DNA of 64,000 nt from Euprymna scolopes (taxonomy: Eukaryota). Below, one piece after another: positions 34,886 through 48,423 of the stretch; the stretch's first letter is position 1; each line of letters opens with the position of its first letter. The notes under the pieces are model-generated. The model worked only from the letters and a program-made list of their open reading frames with translations. It did no database searches and had not been told where the DNA came from. Both the position numbers and the translations under genes were made by a program. The stretch is from NCBI GenBank assembly GCA_053919585.1, contig CM132809.1, one strand, 5' to 3'.

Positions 34886-35563
34886 CTAGCGGGGGTACCC
34901 GGCGTTGCCCGAGTCTTTTTACGGGATGGTGGGGAGTTTTAAAAAATGTTATGGTAGGTAAGTAGGAAGGATCAAACCCGGAGTCATGAGTAAAAGTAGG
35001 AAAATAAAGTGTGAAAAAAAAAAAATAACCATCTGCAACGTTAACAGTTCGGCCACCAAGAAAAGTCCATTCCAGTTGTTTAGGAAAAAAAACATAAAAA
35101 ACGACTACGGTAGGTCGGCGCGAACGTGAAAATATAATGTGAATTGTCCAGCACGCTAACCACTACGCCACAGAGCACTGCAGCTTAGTTTAGTGATTTT
35201 AAATAACTTCACATGAAAGAACTACGAAGCCAAACCGGTGTTCTCTTCTCAACTGTTCCTTGTGAACGATCCCCAAACGGTGTTAAGTGGTGGCAGGGGG
35301 AGGAGGAATTTATTAGAGAGAAAATATTTTACCACTTTCATTGATCTTAACCGATTTTGGCCGTGACTTCTCAGCAGAAAAAGTATAGAAATCTAAGATT
35401 ATCGCGGAATTTGAGAAGTAATAAGCCTATAACACACCTCAGATATGTTCTGCCGTTTGTGCATATTATATTTGCATCAAATATCTTGATTTTTAATCCT
35501 ATTAATGTCAAAATCAGACGGGAAAAAATGAGTTCATTTTATTTATATAGAGAAGAGAAGAGA
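34886..35563 (-). mobile_element. Non-autonomous Helitron
   Basis: A|CTAG at 34886 followed by the hairpin CCCGGCGTTGCCCG. The other end is TATATAGAGAAGAGAAGAGA|T (5' TC on minus). Confidence 0.7.
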
Positions 35564-38404
35564 TGAAAGATGCCGCAGTGAAATTTCCACGGGCCTCACC
35601 ATAGAGTAGATGAATCTTATTTACACACAAATAACAACTATCGCTGCTGGGCGTTGAAATTCCACTATTCTTTTCTTCAACAAGAGCTGATGCCGATAAT
35701 TTCCTCTGATACTCTTATTTATTCATATTTTTAGATCTAAGAATATTCATTGATTAAGTTTGCCACAATTTCGTGTTTTATTGAGATTTTCAAGTTTCAG
35801 ATTTTCGATTTTTTCTAAAAACCTGGTAAAAATTAATCGCCATTTGGCAGGAATAAATCTAATTGTACGTATTACGTTTAACTGTATAACTTAATTATAT
35901 GTTTAATAGAAGTCTATTGTAATTTTTTTTTTAAATGAGTTTTCAGTAAAATTACCTCCCTTGAAAAATAGTGAACATATTTCAAGAAATAGTTTCTTTA
36001 TTATCATTTAATTGATTAGATCAATTTATTAATTATTGTTAATGCAGACACACCTATTGCATATTAATCGGGTAAATACGAGTACAGATGAATGACATTA
36101 AGTAGGGTTTTGTTTAATCTATTTAAATCTACTTATTAAAATTAGGTATGGAAATAGTTATATTCGTTTTCTCTCTCTACCGCATTCTATGCATATAAAG
36201 ACAACGTAGTATAATTGGTTTAGATTTTTAAAAAGAATCGAATTTATTCGTTTGATAGAAACAAATAATTTCCGTGCTAATTTATTTCTTTACAAATAAT
36301 TTTAAACTATTAAACTGACGTTTTTATCGTTGGTTTTATTTCACCGTGTGATCAGGTGTGTTACGGCTTTGTGATGAAATCGGTGTATTTTATTCTTAAG
36401 AAACGTTAATCTTTTTTTCATGTTGAGATAGTTTTCTTTTATAATTTTTTTTTTTAAATTTCATTATTTAAAAATCAATTATTGCGATACCCCCCCTAAA
36501 AAAAGCCGCCAGTGCCCATGGGCACTATGAATCATTTTACATCTTTTCTGTGTAGACGCTATTCTTTTGCTGATAGAAACCGAAAGGAAATAATTATTTG
36601 CACGGAAAAATACTTTGCAAATTCGAATAGAATTTGTCAGAAAAATATCTCTGAGCCGAATTGTCAGAAACATTTTTTGAGAACATTACTTCATCTTGAT
36701 TTCCTTCTCATTAATTTCGAAACCTAACAACTTTTTTATCTCTTTAATAATATAGCATACAATATCATTAAATTAGATATTTTAAACTGTATAATTACTT
36801 TGATTATATATTTATGCATATAAGTAATAGTAAATAGATATTTTAAGATGTTCTTAAAGGTAGTACCTAGGACGAACACCTTGATCCCAGTATATCGGTC
36901 CGGACAGTGACTTACTACATAAACAGCTGAAGTCTTGTAGCGTAGATAAAGCGCAGTTGCAGTTCCTTTTTCTACCTTTTCTTTATTGTAGTGTTTTATT
37001 CAATTTTACTGTAGTTTTGTGGGATCGTTAATAGCAATCGTTATAAATGACAGCGCAAAATGGTTGAGATTTAATCATGTTTTCCAAAGAAGTATTTTTC
37101 CTCTCAAAAATACAATGCACCTAATCATTTACCGATATGCTAATGAGTGGATCTTCAAAAGCGCACCGTTCTCTTTTGATATGAGAAATATTTTCAGTTC
37201 ACCCACTACGTGTCATTAAAGACTTCCTCTATTTTGATACAATATCCTAATATGTACACCTTATTTTAAGGACTGACTATTTGGGCGGCCAGCTTTGTAA
37301 CTCTTTTCTTTCCTACTGGTCTTATGAAGGGTTTACGTTTTTATTAGACTGCTTAAAATTGGGGATGGAATGTTGGTCATCGGTCACTTTCATGCTTGCT
37401 TTATCATAAAATGATTTGACTGTCTCCCTTTGGTTTATTATTGATTGTCTATTTATTTGAAGTTGCTTCATGAGATCTGAACATCCATTTTCATAAATTC
37501 TGAATTATAATTACTAATTGAAGTTTTACGTCTAACCTTTTGTAGAGAGAAGCTGTATTTTTAATTTTTTTAAAGAATCTTGCAACATATATTTACTAGT
37601 GTCATATAGCTAGTCTATATAACGAACATTTATTTTTAATGTGTGTTATGTGTCTATTTAATGTGTTCATGTTTTTAAACGTATGGGTAACGGTACGTGT
37701 TATGCTCGCCAAGTAATCTCCGTTTCGGTGCGTGTCTATACGGTGTTACCACATATAATAAATAGATATAGATGCTCTCAAAAACAGTTTAAAAAAAAAC
37801 GGGCGAATAATATCTTGTAACGTACAGTACCGTCGCAGAAACAAACAAATGAAAATCCGACTCGGCGTTTTTTTTTTCAAGTTTAAATACAATGTTTTTG
37901 TTTTTTTTGTTGTTTTTTTTTGGTTCTTTCAAAACAACGTATTTCATTAGATTTTGAATCTTTTCGCACACCCATGTGCTTTTTAACAGTCTGCCTCCTC
38001 GCCAACAAGCACCGACTTGGCCTGGTCAGCGCTTTCTCGCCTTCGTTGTCACACTTCTATTTAGCTCAGTAGCACTTCGTCTCTCTCCTCGACTACAGAG
38101 TGTATTTTCTCTTTTGTGACGCAAGGTCACGCACACTTGTTAATTTGCATAGCAGTTTTAACGGCTTCTGCCGCTTATATTTTCGCTAGCCAGCTATTTT
38201 TGGCTGCTGCTGATATTTTCACACGCATCCTTATGCGCTCTGTTACAATCTTACATCCAGTTCCTTACAGGATGAATAAACATTGTCTGTTTGCCCAAAC
38301 AAAAGAATGACGGACGTTTTTCGTCGCAGCTACCGCCGTGTTGTCTCAGACTCCTGAAAATGGAAGGCATTTTCTTCCCCGAGAAGTTAGACAGCGAAAT
38401 TGTT

Positions 38405-39120
38405 TTTTCCACATAAGGGTATATGAGTGTACGGTGATCACCAGGACAAAGGCGTAATAAAAGTTAGGGACTCAAATAGTGTAGCAATAAATTAGAGGGA
38501 CGACTCAACACGAATTTGTTTACATTGGAATGTAAGACAGCCATATTGTAGTCAGCTGGAATGCAGGGTAGCGGAACAGATCCACAGATGGACAGTTCTA
38601 GAGAAAAACAATTAATTGAATTTGTGTAGTCACAGATAAAGAGGGGGAAAATTGTTGATAATCGTTGTGGATAAAGGAGTTTTTTGTAAAGGTTTGTTGG
38701 AGGCGCCATTAATTGAAGCTCAGACGTGCCATGAAAATAATGATAGCAAAGACACATTCGCAAGGTCTTTTCCGTGGGACACAGGCTGCAGGAAAGAAAA
38801 AAGGACATCATTTACTAGGTTTCGAATCGAGTTTTAAACTTTGTCACGGCATGATAGGAAGCTCCGAGTAGCCACCGTGCAGATATGGTCAAAGTACTTC
38901 ATTTTAAAACTTGTCTGGCTATTGTAAATGTAGAAGATGGCGTCAAGAGTGAGATGACTTATGAAGCAGTAAAATGATGCGACCATTGTTCTGGTGAACT
39001 TCACAACAGATTTGATGCAATTCTTCTATTTTAGGCCAGGAGTGAAGAGCAGACTCGGAAGAGAGAACAGTATAATATAAATCCTGGCTCCCCAGTGGTA
39101 TTGCTCAAACAGAACTTCCA
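38405..39120 (-). mobile_element. Decayed CR1/Jockey-group LINE 3' portion
   Basis: Degenerate equivalents of the EY-DHI-T, LCLCYHYFHG and CIPADYN..SNVNKF motifs seen in the better-preserved copies. Confidence 0.6.
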
Positions 39121-39859
39121 TTAAACAAGATGAAGAGTACTTTGGTAAAAAGAGATTATGGCAGTTACATTAACTATTTCCTATCCAGAAATAAAGAAAA
39201 ACGTGTTAGAAACTAGAAAAGATCTAAACAAAAGTATGTAGACCGTAATTGTCTATCTTTTCTTGTGAAAGAAGTTTAAAAGTAATAATGATGTATAATA
39301 GCTGGGCGCTGAATAATGTTTAGTTTTAAAATATGCAAGAGAAGAAATGATTTGCGGCGATTTTTAATGGTACCTCTTCTTTTTTCGTAAGTTGGACTCC
39401 TTAACAAGAAAGAAAGTTACCAATAAAATGATGAAGTATATCCGGGCTTGAAGAGGGATCATTCAATCTGTAGTCGAATACTATAACATTGAGCTATATT
39501 CCCACATACTAAATTTTTTTTTCTAAGATGAAAGGATTTTCTGAGATATTATTGTTTCCTTTGGACGGTGTAACATAAAATATTCCCTTGTAAAAATTAT
39601 TCTTTTTCATCCATTACAAAGACTATTACTTAAGATCGGATTTTTCAATTTTCGATTCTTATCATATGAATTCTCTACAAAACAGAATCAAAGAACACTA
39701 CCAGATATATAAATTCTCTTTGTGTGCAATTTTCAAAAGATAGGCTTAGTTGTTTCAGAACATATAAGGAAAGAAACTCCCCCCACACACATTACAAAGT
39801 GACTTTTTAAAGAGTGGAAGTATATACACATTTTAGATTTGGTAATCGTTAAAAGAATT

Positions 39860-40405
39860 TTTACAGAGGAATACTTTAGGTTTCACCGGCCAAGGGAAAT
39901 AATAAAATCTCAGCAAATAAATTTACTTTTCAAAAAAAAAAAAAAAAGAATCATTGTCATCTGGAGATATAGCTCAGTTGTATAGAATTCGACTACAGAT
40001 CGAATTATCCCCTGTTTAAGCCCGGATGTACGTCGCCATTTTATATTATTATATTTTTTGTTAATGAGTTCAATTTACGATAAGAGGGATCATGTAAATC
40101 GCCGCAAATCATTTCTTCGTTTGCATATTTTAAAACTAAACTGGAAGTGACGTTTTCAGCGCCTTCATCGTCAAGCCCAAATATCAGCTGACGTGATATT
40201 GTAAACAAAGACGGAATTTAAACAACATTATTATTTTTTATAGTATTATTTATTTTATTTATTTTTGCGAATTAGTCAACCGGGAAAATTGTTTTCCGTA
40301 ATCAATAGATTATTGATTCTATAAAAATACATACGCAATATGCATAAGTTAAACTATCCTGTTTAAGCATATTTTACAACCGGGCAACGCCGGACGTCTG
40401 GCGAG
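39860..40405 (+). mobile_element. Non-autonomous Helitron related to 9921-10618
   Basis: Long shared blocks (AAATCGCYGCAAATCATTTCTTCGTT, TGACGTGATATTGTAAACAAAG) and a 3' hairpin CCGGGCAACGCCGG. The left boundary is uncertain. Confidence 0.65.
39963..40034 (+). pseudogene. tRNA-Cys-derived pseudogene inside a Helitron
   Basis: GGAGATATAGCTCAGTTGTA (A box), anticodon arm TTCGA-CT-ACA-GA-TCGAA and a degenerate T arm. It resembles eukaryotic tRNA-Cys(GCA). Confidence 0.65.
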
Positions 40406-40987
40406 TTGCTAATAAATGGATGACGTCATAACGCATTTCTTCATTACATGACACCATTAGACTGTTAATCCGTAATTTAGAATTCCAAATATTCATCAAA
40501 ACCGTTTAGAATTTTCGAGTATTTACTAAGTTTTTATTTTGTTTGCATTTTTTTGAAGCGATGAACGATCACCCACGGGCACTGTGCAGCGTCTTATTTT
40601 ATAAAGCGTCAGCAAATAACATGTACAGAACTAAAGCGTTTTTGTATGAAGAAATCATATAAGTTTTCTGGAAATGTGTTTTTTAAATTAAAACTTAAAT
40701 TTTCTCATAAAAATTGTCCCCAGGTGAAAAAAATATCAATGTCAAAAATAACATTATTTTAATCAATTTCTATATCATGTTGTGTTCAACTTCGAAACTG
40801 AATTTCTAAGAATTTCGTAAAGAATGGTGGGTTTGAAGAAGAGCATGTAATTTTACCTGAACTAATTAAAAAATATCTTGTTCTAGATGGGGATAGCGTT
40901 GTACAGGATATCAGGTATGCCACTGCTATCTGATACATACAAAAACGAAGTCGTTTTTTAGATTCTTACCAAACTATTAAGTGCTAT

Positions 40988-41688
40988 TGTTGGTCCCCTG
41001 ACAAAAGGAGGGGGACCTGTGAAATCACCCTTGTCTGCTCGTTGGTTCATCCGTTCGTCGCTCTGTACTTTTCTTAACAACTACGCCTGGAATATTTTGG
41101 AACTCTTGCACAAATATTAAACATGATATGAGTAAAAATTAACAGAACGGATTTTCCAGGGGAAACTCCGGTTGACCCCCCTAGGGTTGCCTTTCGGGTT
41201 AAAATGGCTAAACTTGACACTTTTGTGCTTATTAAAAAACATTGATGCCTTGGAGTTTTTATAAAACTTGCTGAAAAGTTGTAGCTAACTGATTTTTATA
41301 TAATTTTGTTTGCCTATACTTCGCAATAACTCTTGGGGGTGCCCAGGGGATCTTTTAAGGCTAACATTTGGGGACTATTTTACCACATTTGTTCAAAATT
41401 TTCTGTGTATGTCTATTTAGCAGTTTTGCATTGTATTGAACTCAAATTTAAATATGTTAAGCCTTGGGAACTTTTGGGGCTAAATGATGGGGGGGGAACA
41501 AATGATGGACTTAATCATTTCGTTTTTTTGCATGGTGAATAACTCATATTTATATGTTAAGGCCTTTGTTCATTTTCACCATGATTTGACGACCCCTGGA
41601 GACTTTGGGAGTTAAATGCAGGGGATAGCAAATGCTTTACTTGTTCATTTTTTATGCCTCGTAGGGTCCATGAATGCTTCACTTGTTT
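40988..41688. mobile_element. DINE-1/HINE-like element, second copy
   Basis: Terminal stem-loop GGTCCCC...GGGGACC, GTCY-type microsatellite and CACTTGTT end. Homologous to 20152-20838. Confidence 0.65.
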
Positions 41689-41830
41689 GTATCTCTTTTG
41701 CACTTGGTTTAAAAAGTATATTTGTCAGGTAGTTTTTTTTTTTTAATTCTGTTTCAAGACCCCTCCTATAATTACTAGAATGATAAAGTTCTTCCTAAAA
41801 TTCCAGTTTCTTATGACGTACATAGGATCG

Positions 41831-43360
41831 TTTTTTTTTTTTTGTTTTTTGTTTTTTACATTTTTACCCCAAACAAGGCACATTGCCACTTTGGTGTAGG
41901 GGGCCACTACCAGGGGCAGCAACTACTGGGTACTATGTTGGGATTTGGGCAGCAAGATGTCGGTTCACGTTACACTTGAACTTCTGCATGTCAGTACAGT
42001 TGGGGAAGCAGGGACCTGGAATGGAATTCCAGAGTCTAACGCTTCGGGGGAAGAAACTACTGGAGTAGAAAGATCTTTTACATCTAGGGACCTCTACTGT
42101 GTGGGGGTGGGATTTAGCTGCCTGTCGGGTTTGTCGAGGGTGTCTATGTCGTGGAGCACAAGTTTTTGCAGTTCGCCAGAGCATTCACCATTAAAATACT
42201 TGTAGAACAAGCAGGGGGATGCAACATTTCGTCGATGGGACAGAGGCTGAAGCTTAGATGCCAGTTCAAGGTCTATCAGATTGGCGATTCTCTTTTGAAC
42301 CTTGTCTAGTAGCGAGAGACTAGCAGCAGATGCACCAGCCCAAATGTGACAACAATACTCCATACATGGGCGAATGGCGACCTTATAGAGGTACAGGATA
42401 CTTTCAGGTGTCAGTAGTTTTCTAGCACGGTAGAGAGGGCCTACCTTTTTCGCAGTGGCACTGGCAATGTTTTCAATATAATTATTCCAACTCATGTTTC
42501 CTGTGAACGTTAGGCCAAGCAGGTTAAAAGATGTTCTCTCAGATAAAGAATCACTGGTCATTGCTATTGGTGGCAGAGAAGGTTTCTTGTAATTATTGAA
42601 GGAAACCAGTTTAGTCTTGGCAGCATTGAATGTGACCATCCATTTTTGTCCCCATTCCACTACAGATTGAAGGTCATCCTCTAGTGTTTTTGCCATTTCT
42701 TTAGATATGTGTTCATTTGTTTTCCTGTCATGCCTGTTATAGAGTGTGGTGTCATCAGCATATATACCCATCTCCGAGGCAATTTTGTCGGGGAGGTCAT
42801 TAATGAATATTAGGAACAATAGAGGTCCAAGTATATACCCCTGAGGCACTCCCGCATTTATATCATATTGTTTAGATGTACGACCGTCGAGGACAACCTT
42901 GATTTTTCTCTCATATAAGAAGGATTTAATTATGTTAAGTATTCTACCAGTGATACCGTATGATCTAATTTTCCTTAAGAGACCCTCATGCAATACCCTG
43001 TCAAAAGCCTTAGATATTATCTAGAGCTACCGCTCTGCCCTCCCCCACTTTGTCCAGATAATGGTATATACGTTCAGAGATTAGTGAGGATGTCTGCTGT
43101 GGAACGAGCTTGTCTAAATTCATATTGTTTGTTAGTCAGAAGTTCAGCATCTGTAAGATGATGGACTAGAGCATGGTTAATTATGGTCTCAAATATTTTG
43201 GCGATAAGCGGGAAGAGGCTAATGGGGCGATAATTTGATGGTTCACTCCTTTCGCCAGAATTCTTGATTACTGGTACCACAGAAGCAGTTTACCAACAGC
43301 CCGGAAAGCAAGATTAATTAAGACATTTTTTGTAGAGTTTGGAGAGAATTGGAGTTACTT
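41831..43360 (-). mobile_element. 5'-truncated CR1/Jockey-group LINE, frameshifted reverse transcriptase
   Basis: ORFs 43074-43280 (NYRPISL), 42094-42993 (GVPQG, IYADD, RPCMEYCCHIWAG) and 41933-42184 (SFFPRSVRLWN). A-rich tail at 41831-41857. Confidence 0.92.
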
Positions 43361-43420
43361 GGTATTTCATTATCCTCTCAGCTCTGTTGAACTCAATATT
43401 ATTGGCGACATCAAATTCTA

Positions 43421-45280
43421 CAGGGTGGAACGGTGAAAGTGTTGCCCTAAAGAAAAGAAAACACAACAGCTTTATTTTAAAGCTTTAATTGAAAAAAATT
43501 AATTCAGGTTACTTGATTGTGTAGTAGAGCTGAGAGCTATTCAATGTAGTGATCTGCAGTCTCAATCACCGTCTCGATACTGGTACGGAACTGGGAGCAT
43601 GCCTTTTCTACAAGCGCCTGCGGGAGCTTGATGAATACTCAAATACTGACCGAATGGTTAATTTTAGGCATAGACCAATTCATACCATCTAAAAAATTCC
43701 AACAAAAACCTAACAGCCAGCCATGGTTCTCCCCGGAATGTGCTGCTGCTATCGCGCACAGAAATCACTTTTTCCATAGCTACCAACGTAATAGATGCAC
43801 TGAAACTAAAGCTGCTTTCAGGACTGCCAGCAACCACTGTAAAAGAGTAATAAAAAATGCAAGAACGCTATATGCCCAGTCTGTTAAATCCAAGGTAGCT
43901 GATCAGCAGCTTAGTTCCCACTAATTTTGGCAAATAACAAATAGGATCCTGAACAGAAGTGTGCGTTCTATCCCAACCATTATCAATGGACCAGAGGTCA
44001 TCTCGTCAGCATCAGACAAGGCCAAACTATTTGAAAAGAACTTTGCAGCTAATTCTACCCTATGCGACGAAGGCCATCAACTCCTCATATTTCCTCCTAT
44101 AACACAGAACACGCTATGTAACATACAAATATCCGTGCATGAGGTCGCCAAGCTAATCAATAACCTTGATTCCAGTAAAGCAACTGGCCCTGACGGCATC
44201 CCAATTATAGTGTTAAAAAAGATTCAACCAGAACTTGCTCCCATACTTAGGAAACTGTTTAAGCGCTGCCTTAAGGAGAAGTGCTTTCCGACTCCCTGGA
44301 AGACCTCATCAGTTTGTCCAGTATTTAAGAATTCAGGTGATAAATCATCTCCCTCTCAGTATAGACCAATATGTCTCCTGTGTGTTATGAGTAACTTGCT
44401 GGAATCCATATTAAATAGAGAAATAGTCAACCACCTCAGCAGAAACAACCTTCCTATTAACACAAAATATGTTTTCCGCTCTACAAGATCTACCACAGAT
44501 GTGCTGACGGTTATATCTCACAGGATTAGTGAATCTCTTGACAAAGGCTTCCTTTCTAGGGCAATTGCTCTTGATATATCAAAAGCCTTCGACAAGGTAT
44601 GGCATAAGGGTCTACTTCACAAGATTTCCAGCTACGGTATAACTGGAAATGTTTTCTCAATCATTAAATCATTTCTCTCCAATAGGCTCATAAGAGTAGT
44701 GGTCGATGGACAAAAATCAGAGGCCTGCAGTAATAATGCTGGAGTCCCTCAAGGGTCCATCCTGAGCCCAAATTTCTTCCTGATCTACATCAATGACCTC
44801 CCTAAACACATACTTAAATCATTCGTTGACATCTATGCTGATGACACGACCATCTACGGCAACACATCAAAGGCTATAAATGACAAAGTTCTCTCTGATT
44901 CTCTCTCCTCTGATCTCGAGCGCGTGGTTCAGTGGGGGAAGACGTGGCTGGTTACCTTTTAATGCGTCTAAAACCAAACTCCTATCCTTACATCATCAAC
45001 GCTCTGATCCCCATCTGGCATCAATTGGGATGGATGGCTCTCATCTCGGAGAGGCCCCGTGTTTTGATAAGCTTCTGGGTTTGACCTTTACTCCTGATCT
45101 GAAATGGAACACGTACATCAAGTCTGTTGCCAAGGTCGCTGGAAAGATGGTGGGATCCTTCTACCACTCCAGAAGATGCAATTCTCTATCTATATAAAAG
45201 CCAAGTACGTCCAAGGATGGAATACTGTTGCCATATCTGTGCAGGAGCTGCTAAAAAAGCCTTGATAAGTGGTGACCACA

Positions 45281-45315
<35 letters not shown>

Positions 45316-45585
45316 TTGGCTTTGATGTTGTAGAATGTTAGTGATGTTCTCGACGTATGATCTAAGGAAGTACTCCAGCGGGTTTAAGTCGGGGGAGGGG
45401 GGATGGTGAGAGAAGTGTACAAAGTCGTAATACACCTAACCCTAACCCTAACACTCTTTCTGAAGCTAAGCCTGAATCTCTTTGGACTTTGCGGGCTGGC
45501 GTAGAGTCCTCTTGCCACACTCATGGTTCGCCAGTGGCCACCTGATTGCACCAGAGTATCAGCACACAACCTTGGAGTTGGCAAC
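43421..45585 (-). mobile_element. Tc1/mariner (maT/DD37D-like) relic split by a LINE
   Basis: TA|CAGGG terminus at 43421. Segments 43421-43640 and 45314-45585 are colinear with 55393-55875. SPDLNPLEY motif. Confidence 0.75.
43641..45313 (+). mobile_element. 5'-truncated CR1/Jockey-group LINE, disrupted reverse transcriptase, poly(A) tail
   Basis: KATGPDGIP, YRPICLL, LDISKAFDKVWH, GVPQGSILSP, IYADD and RMEYCCHI motifs. An internal deletion precedes the 3' UTR. Poly(A) at 45285-45313. Confidence 0.93.
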
Positions 45586-45780
45586 CATTATAATCTTTCG
45601 ATCTCAATGGAAAGATCGTCTCATTAACTAGTCTCTAACACCTTGCTTATCTATATATGCTATTATATTCCTAAGATTCCAGTTTGTTTTTGAAAATATC
45701 TGAATCGATACTGTTTTATTCCAGTGGCATTTAAAATTCAGGACGACTGCAAGTAATGCCGAGATAAGTGGAGTGAACAT

Positions 45781-45870
45781 AGAGCGCCTGCTATTCCCAA
45801 ATGGTCACTCATGTTGTATTAGTCAGGTTGATATTTGCTTAACTTCGGTGATCTGGTGTGTCAACGTGGT
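45781..45870 (-). pseudogene. 5S rRNA-derived fragment (pseudogene or SINE3-like head)
   Basis: Minus: ACCACGTTGA..GATCACCGAAGTTAAGCAA...GTGACC..TGGGAATA matches conserved animal 5S rRNA segments, with deletions. Confidence 0.7.
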
Positions 45871-45971
45871 TGTGTTAATCCATTACTAGTGCAGTCTTTT
45901 GAAAAGGTCAAGTCTTTTGATATATATTTACGGTAATCATCCATAAATTTTTATCTCGTTTCTCTACCAGT

Positions 45972-46223
45972 CAGGTCCTAGATATGACCTTAAACTATAT
46001 CCGATGGTGAGCCACTCTTTAATTGGCATTGCTCCCAGGTCCACTCTTACCTTGAGTAGTAGTACCTTTTAGGGCCCCAACTATGGGTTAAATAGAAATT
46101 GATTTGAAAAGCAAAACAAAATAAATATATATTCTAATAAAAATGTTTTCTTCAAAATCACTTGATTCTGCATTAAATAACATGAAAAGGGTCGATATGT
46201 CGTAAAACAAAAACAACCAACCA
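45972..46223 (+). mobile_element. 5'-truncated SINE-like retroposon with (CCAA)n tail
   Basis: 10-bp TSD CTCTACCAGT at 45962-45971 and 46224-46233. Same family as 58076-58433. Confidence 0.8.
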
Positions 46224-48423
46224 CTCTACCAGTGATAAGCATTGATATCTATTTTATGTACCGAGGATAAACCCTAATGAGCTTAGTCACACGAATACTA
46301 TTTGACTATACGGAGTATTTTTCCCTACGTTCTGTTCAAGAACGTCACACTTACACCTTGTAAAAATAAAATATTTGGCCAAAATGTATATTAAATAACA
46401 TTTGATAAACTTTGTCACATCCTCGTTCAATTAGTAAATGGAGGCATTAAAGAATATTTGAGTGTGCAGAGACATCGCCTTCTGAGGAAACTGATCCACG
46501 TGTCGATGTTAATAGTCAGGGCCTAAAGTCGTTTCATTTTGGTGTCAATAAGAAGTCAGTAGTTTGTTCACATTAATGAGGATTTATTACAGAACATCAA
46601 TTTCCCGTTGTTTCGTTACGTAAAGAGCGCCAATGCAACTTATTCGGTTCTGGGAACCGATTCTCGATTGCAAAAGAGACTGGTTAAATCTCGTTATAGG
46701 AAACGTCTAAACTGAATATTTCATCCAATCGAAACATTTATTCTGCGATTGTTAGCTACTACTACTACTACTACTACTACTACCATTCCTACAACTTTTC
46801 TGTCTTTCTAGGTAGATATTAAACTTTCATATCTTCAACAAGCAAAACGTAAAAGCACTCTGCTGCCTCTCGGTAACTAGATACTTTAAGCAGGGTTATC
46901 CTCCCTTGATGGTGTACAACTTCTTGGAAAGATCTTTCCACAATAGATACATATTAACTGTTTCCATTTTTCTCTTAATTATCAGACCAATACAGTTCAA
47001 TTACTTCTGATAACTTATAGCCAATTTTGTAAGCAATATAAAATCGATATATTTTGCTATTCCCTATCTTTAAAATAGTTTACAAACTTATCTTAGTAGA
47101 GTTTTGCAATTCGCATGAAGAGTCGCTTCAATACTTCCACCTTGAATCACGTTGACGTTCAGTAAATATCCTTATGAGAAGATTTTCGTACATTTTTCTG
47201 AGATAGACAATATATAACAATGGCGAATACTGACATTAACTAATAGTCGAAATTTGTTCAACCGGAAGCCTAACGGGACACTTTCATCTCCAGGATAGAG
47301 GCATCTTTCTGCGCACTGATTCGATTTCCGATTTTTTTTCTATTGGTCTTCCATTTAAATTAGCCAACATTATATAGTCCTCGTTATAACTGTTCAATAT
47401 TATATAGAGAGTGACAAATTGCAAGAATAATTATTGTGACCTAATGCATCACGTGTTGTCTCATTCTTTATTTAACTAGACTCGATTACAAAAGGCATCC
47501 CATTAACCTCTTTTGTCATTCGATGTTATTTTCATTTCGATCCCCAAGGGTATCAAACTAATCGCATTGTCTTTTATCCGCAAGATCGATAACCGATCAG
47601 CATCGCTCGACTTTGAATTCGTATTTCTGAAAGCATTGATATTTATAATTCCGTTTTATTCTTTTTATTTTTATAACAAAGTTTGTTTGGATTCTTTTGT
47701 GTAATCCGTGATATCTCCAGATTTAAAAAGATGGATCGATATTTCAGTCATCCGACAACGATATATTTTTGTCATGTCGGTTATTCATACTAGATGTAGA
47801 ACTATTCTACGTTGCGTGAAACCTGCATACTATTAACAAATTCATCACTTACATTCTTCAATGTCGACATCAACTAAACTTAGTAGTTGTCTATTTATAA
47901 TGAAAATCTGATATCTGAAGCCGAAACTCTATTATCGAAACAATTATATTAATGCCTTACTGTAATATCTTACAATGCTCAATTAATGGGAGGGTAGGGT
48001 AGTATGTCATATTGTCATAAAACTGTCCGCATATGCAGTTTCACCTCTGCTGACGACTATTATGTCTTGTTCTTTCGAAGTGGACAAAATAACATCGTAC
48101 GGTCTGGATGTGTGCTTGACTTTCATAAAATACGAAAACTGCTTTAAGTTTATTTGATGTGATTTATAGCTTAAGCAATAGTTCAAGGCTTGAGCAATTA
48201 TAATTAGTTCTCTAGCAGTGAACCAGAATTTGCTTAAACAAAAATATTAATGTATTTATTTGCTTCCCCACCAAAGTAAATTAGGCACAAGGCCGTTTTT
48301 AATGTGGGGTAAAAACCAGCTCCCCTAAAAGTAGGCAAAAAGGGGGCACTCTGGTTACCAAAAATAATAATTGTCCCAGTATAGAGGGTTTCTCCTCCAT
48401 TTGCTGGTGCAAATTATCTTAAG

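Noticed and set aside
39963-40034. Functional tRNA-Cys(ACA) gene
   Set aside because: The acceptor stem and T-loop/B box are degraded, and it lies inside a Helitron.
42094-44962. Active reverse transcriptase genes or a retron-like system
   Set aside because: Both are frameshifted, 5'-truncated LINE copies with A-rich tails.
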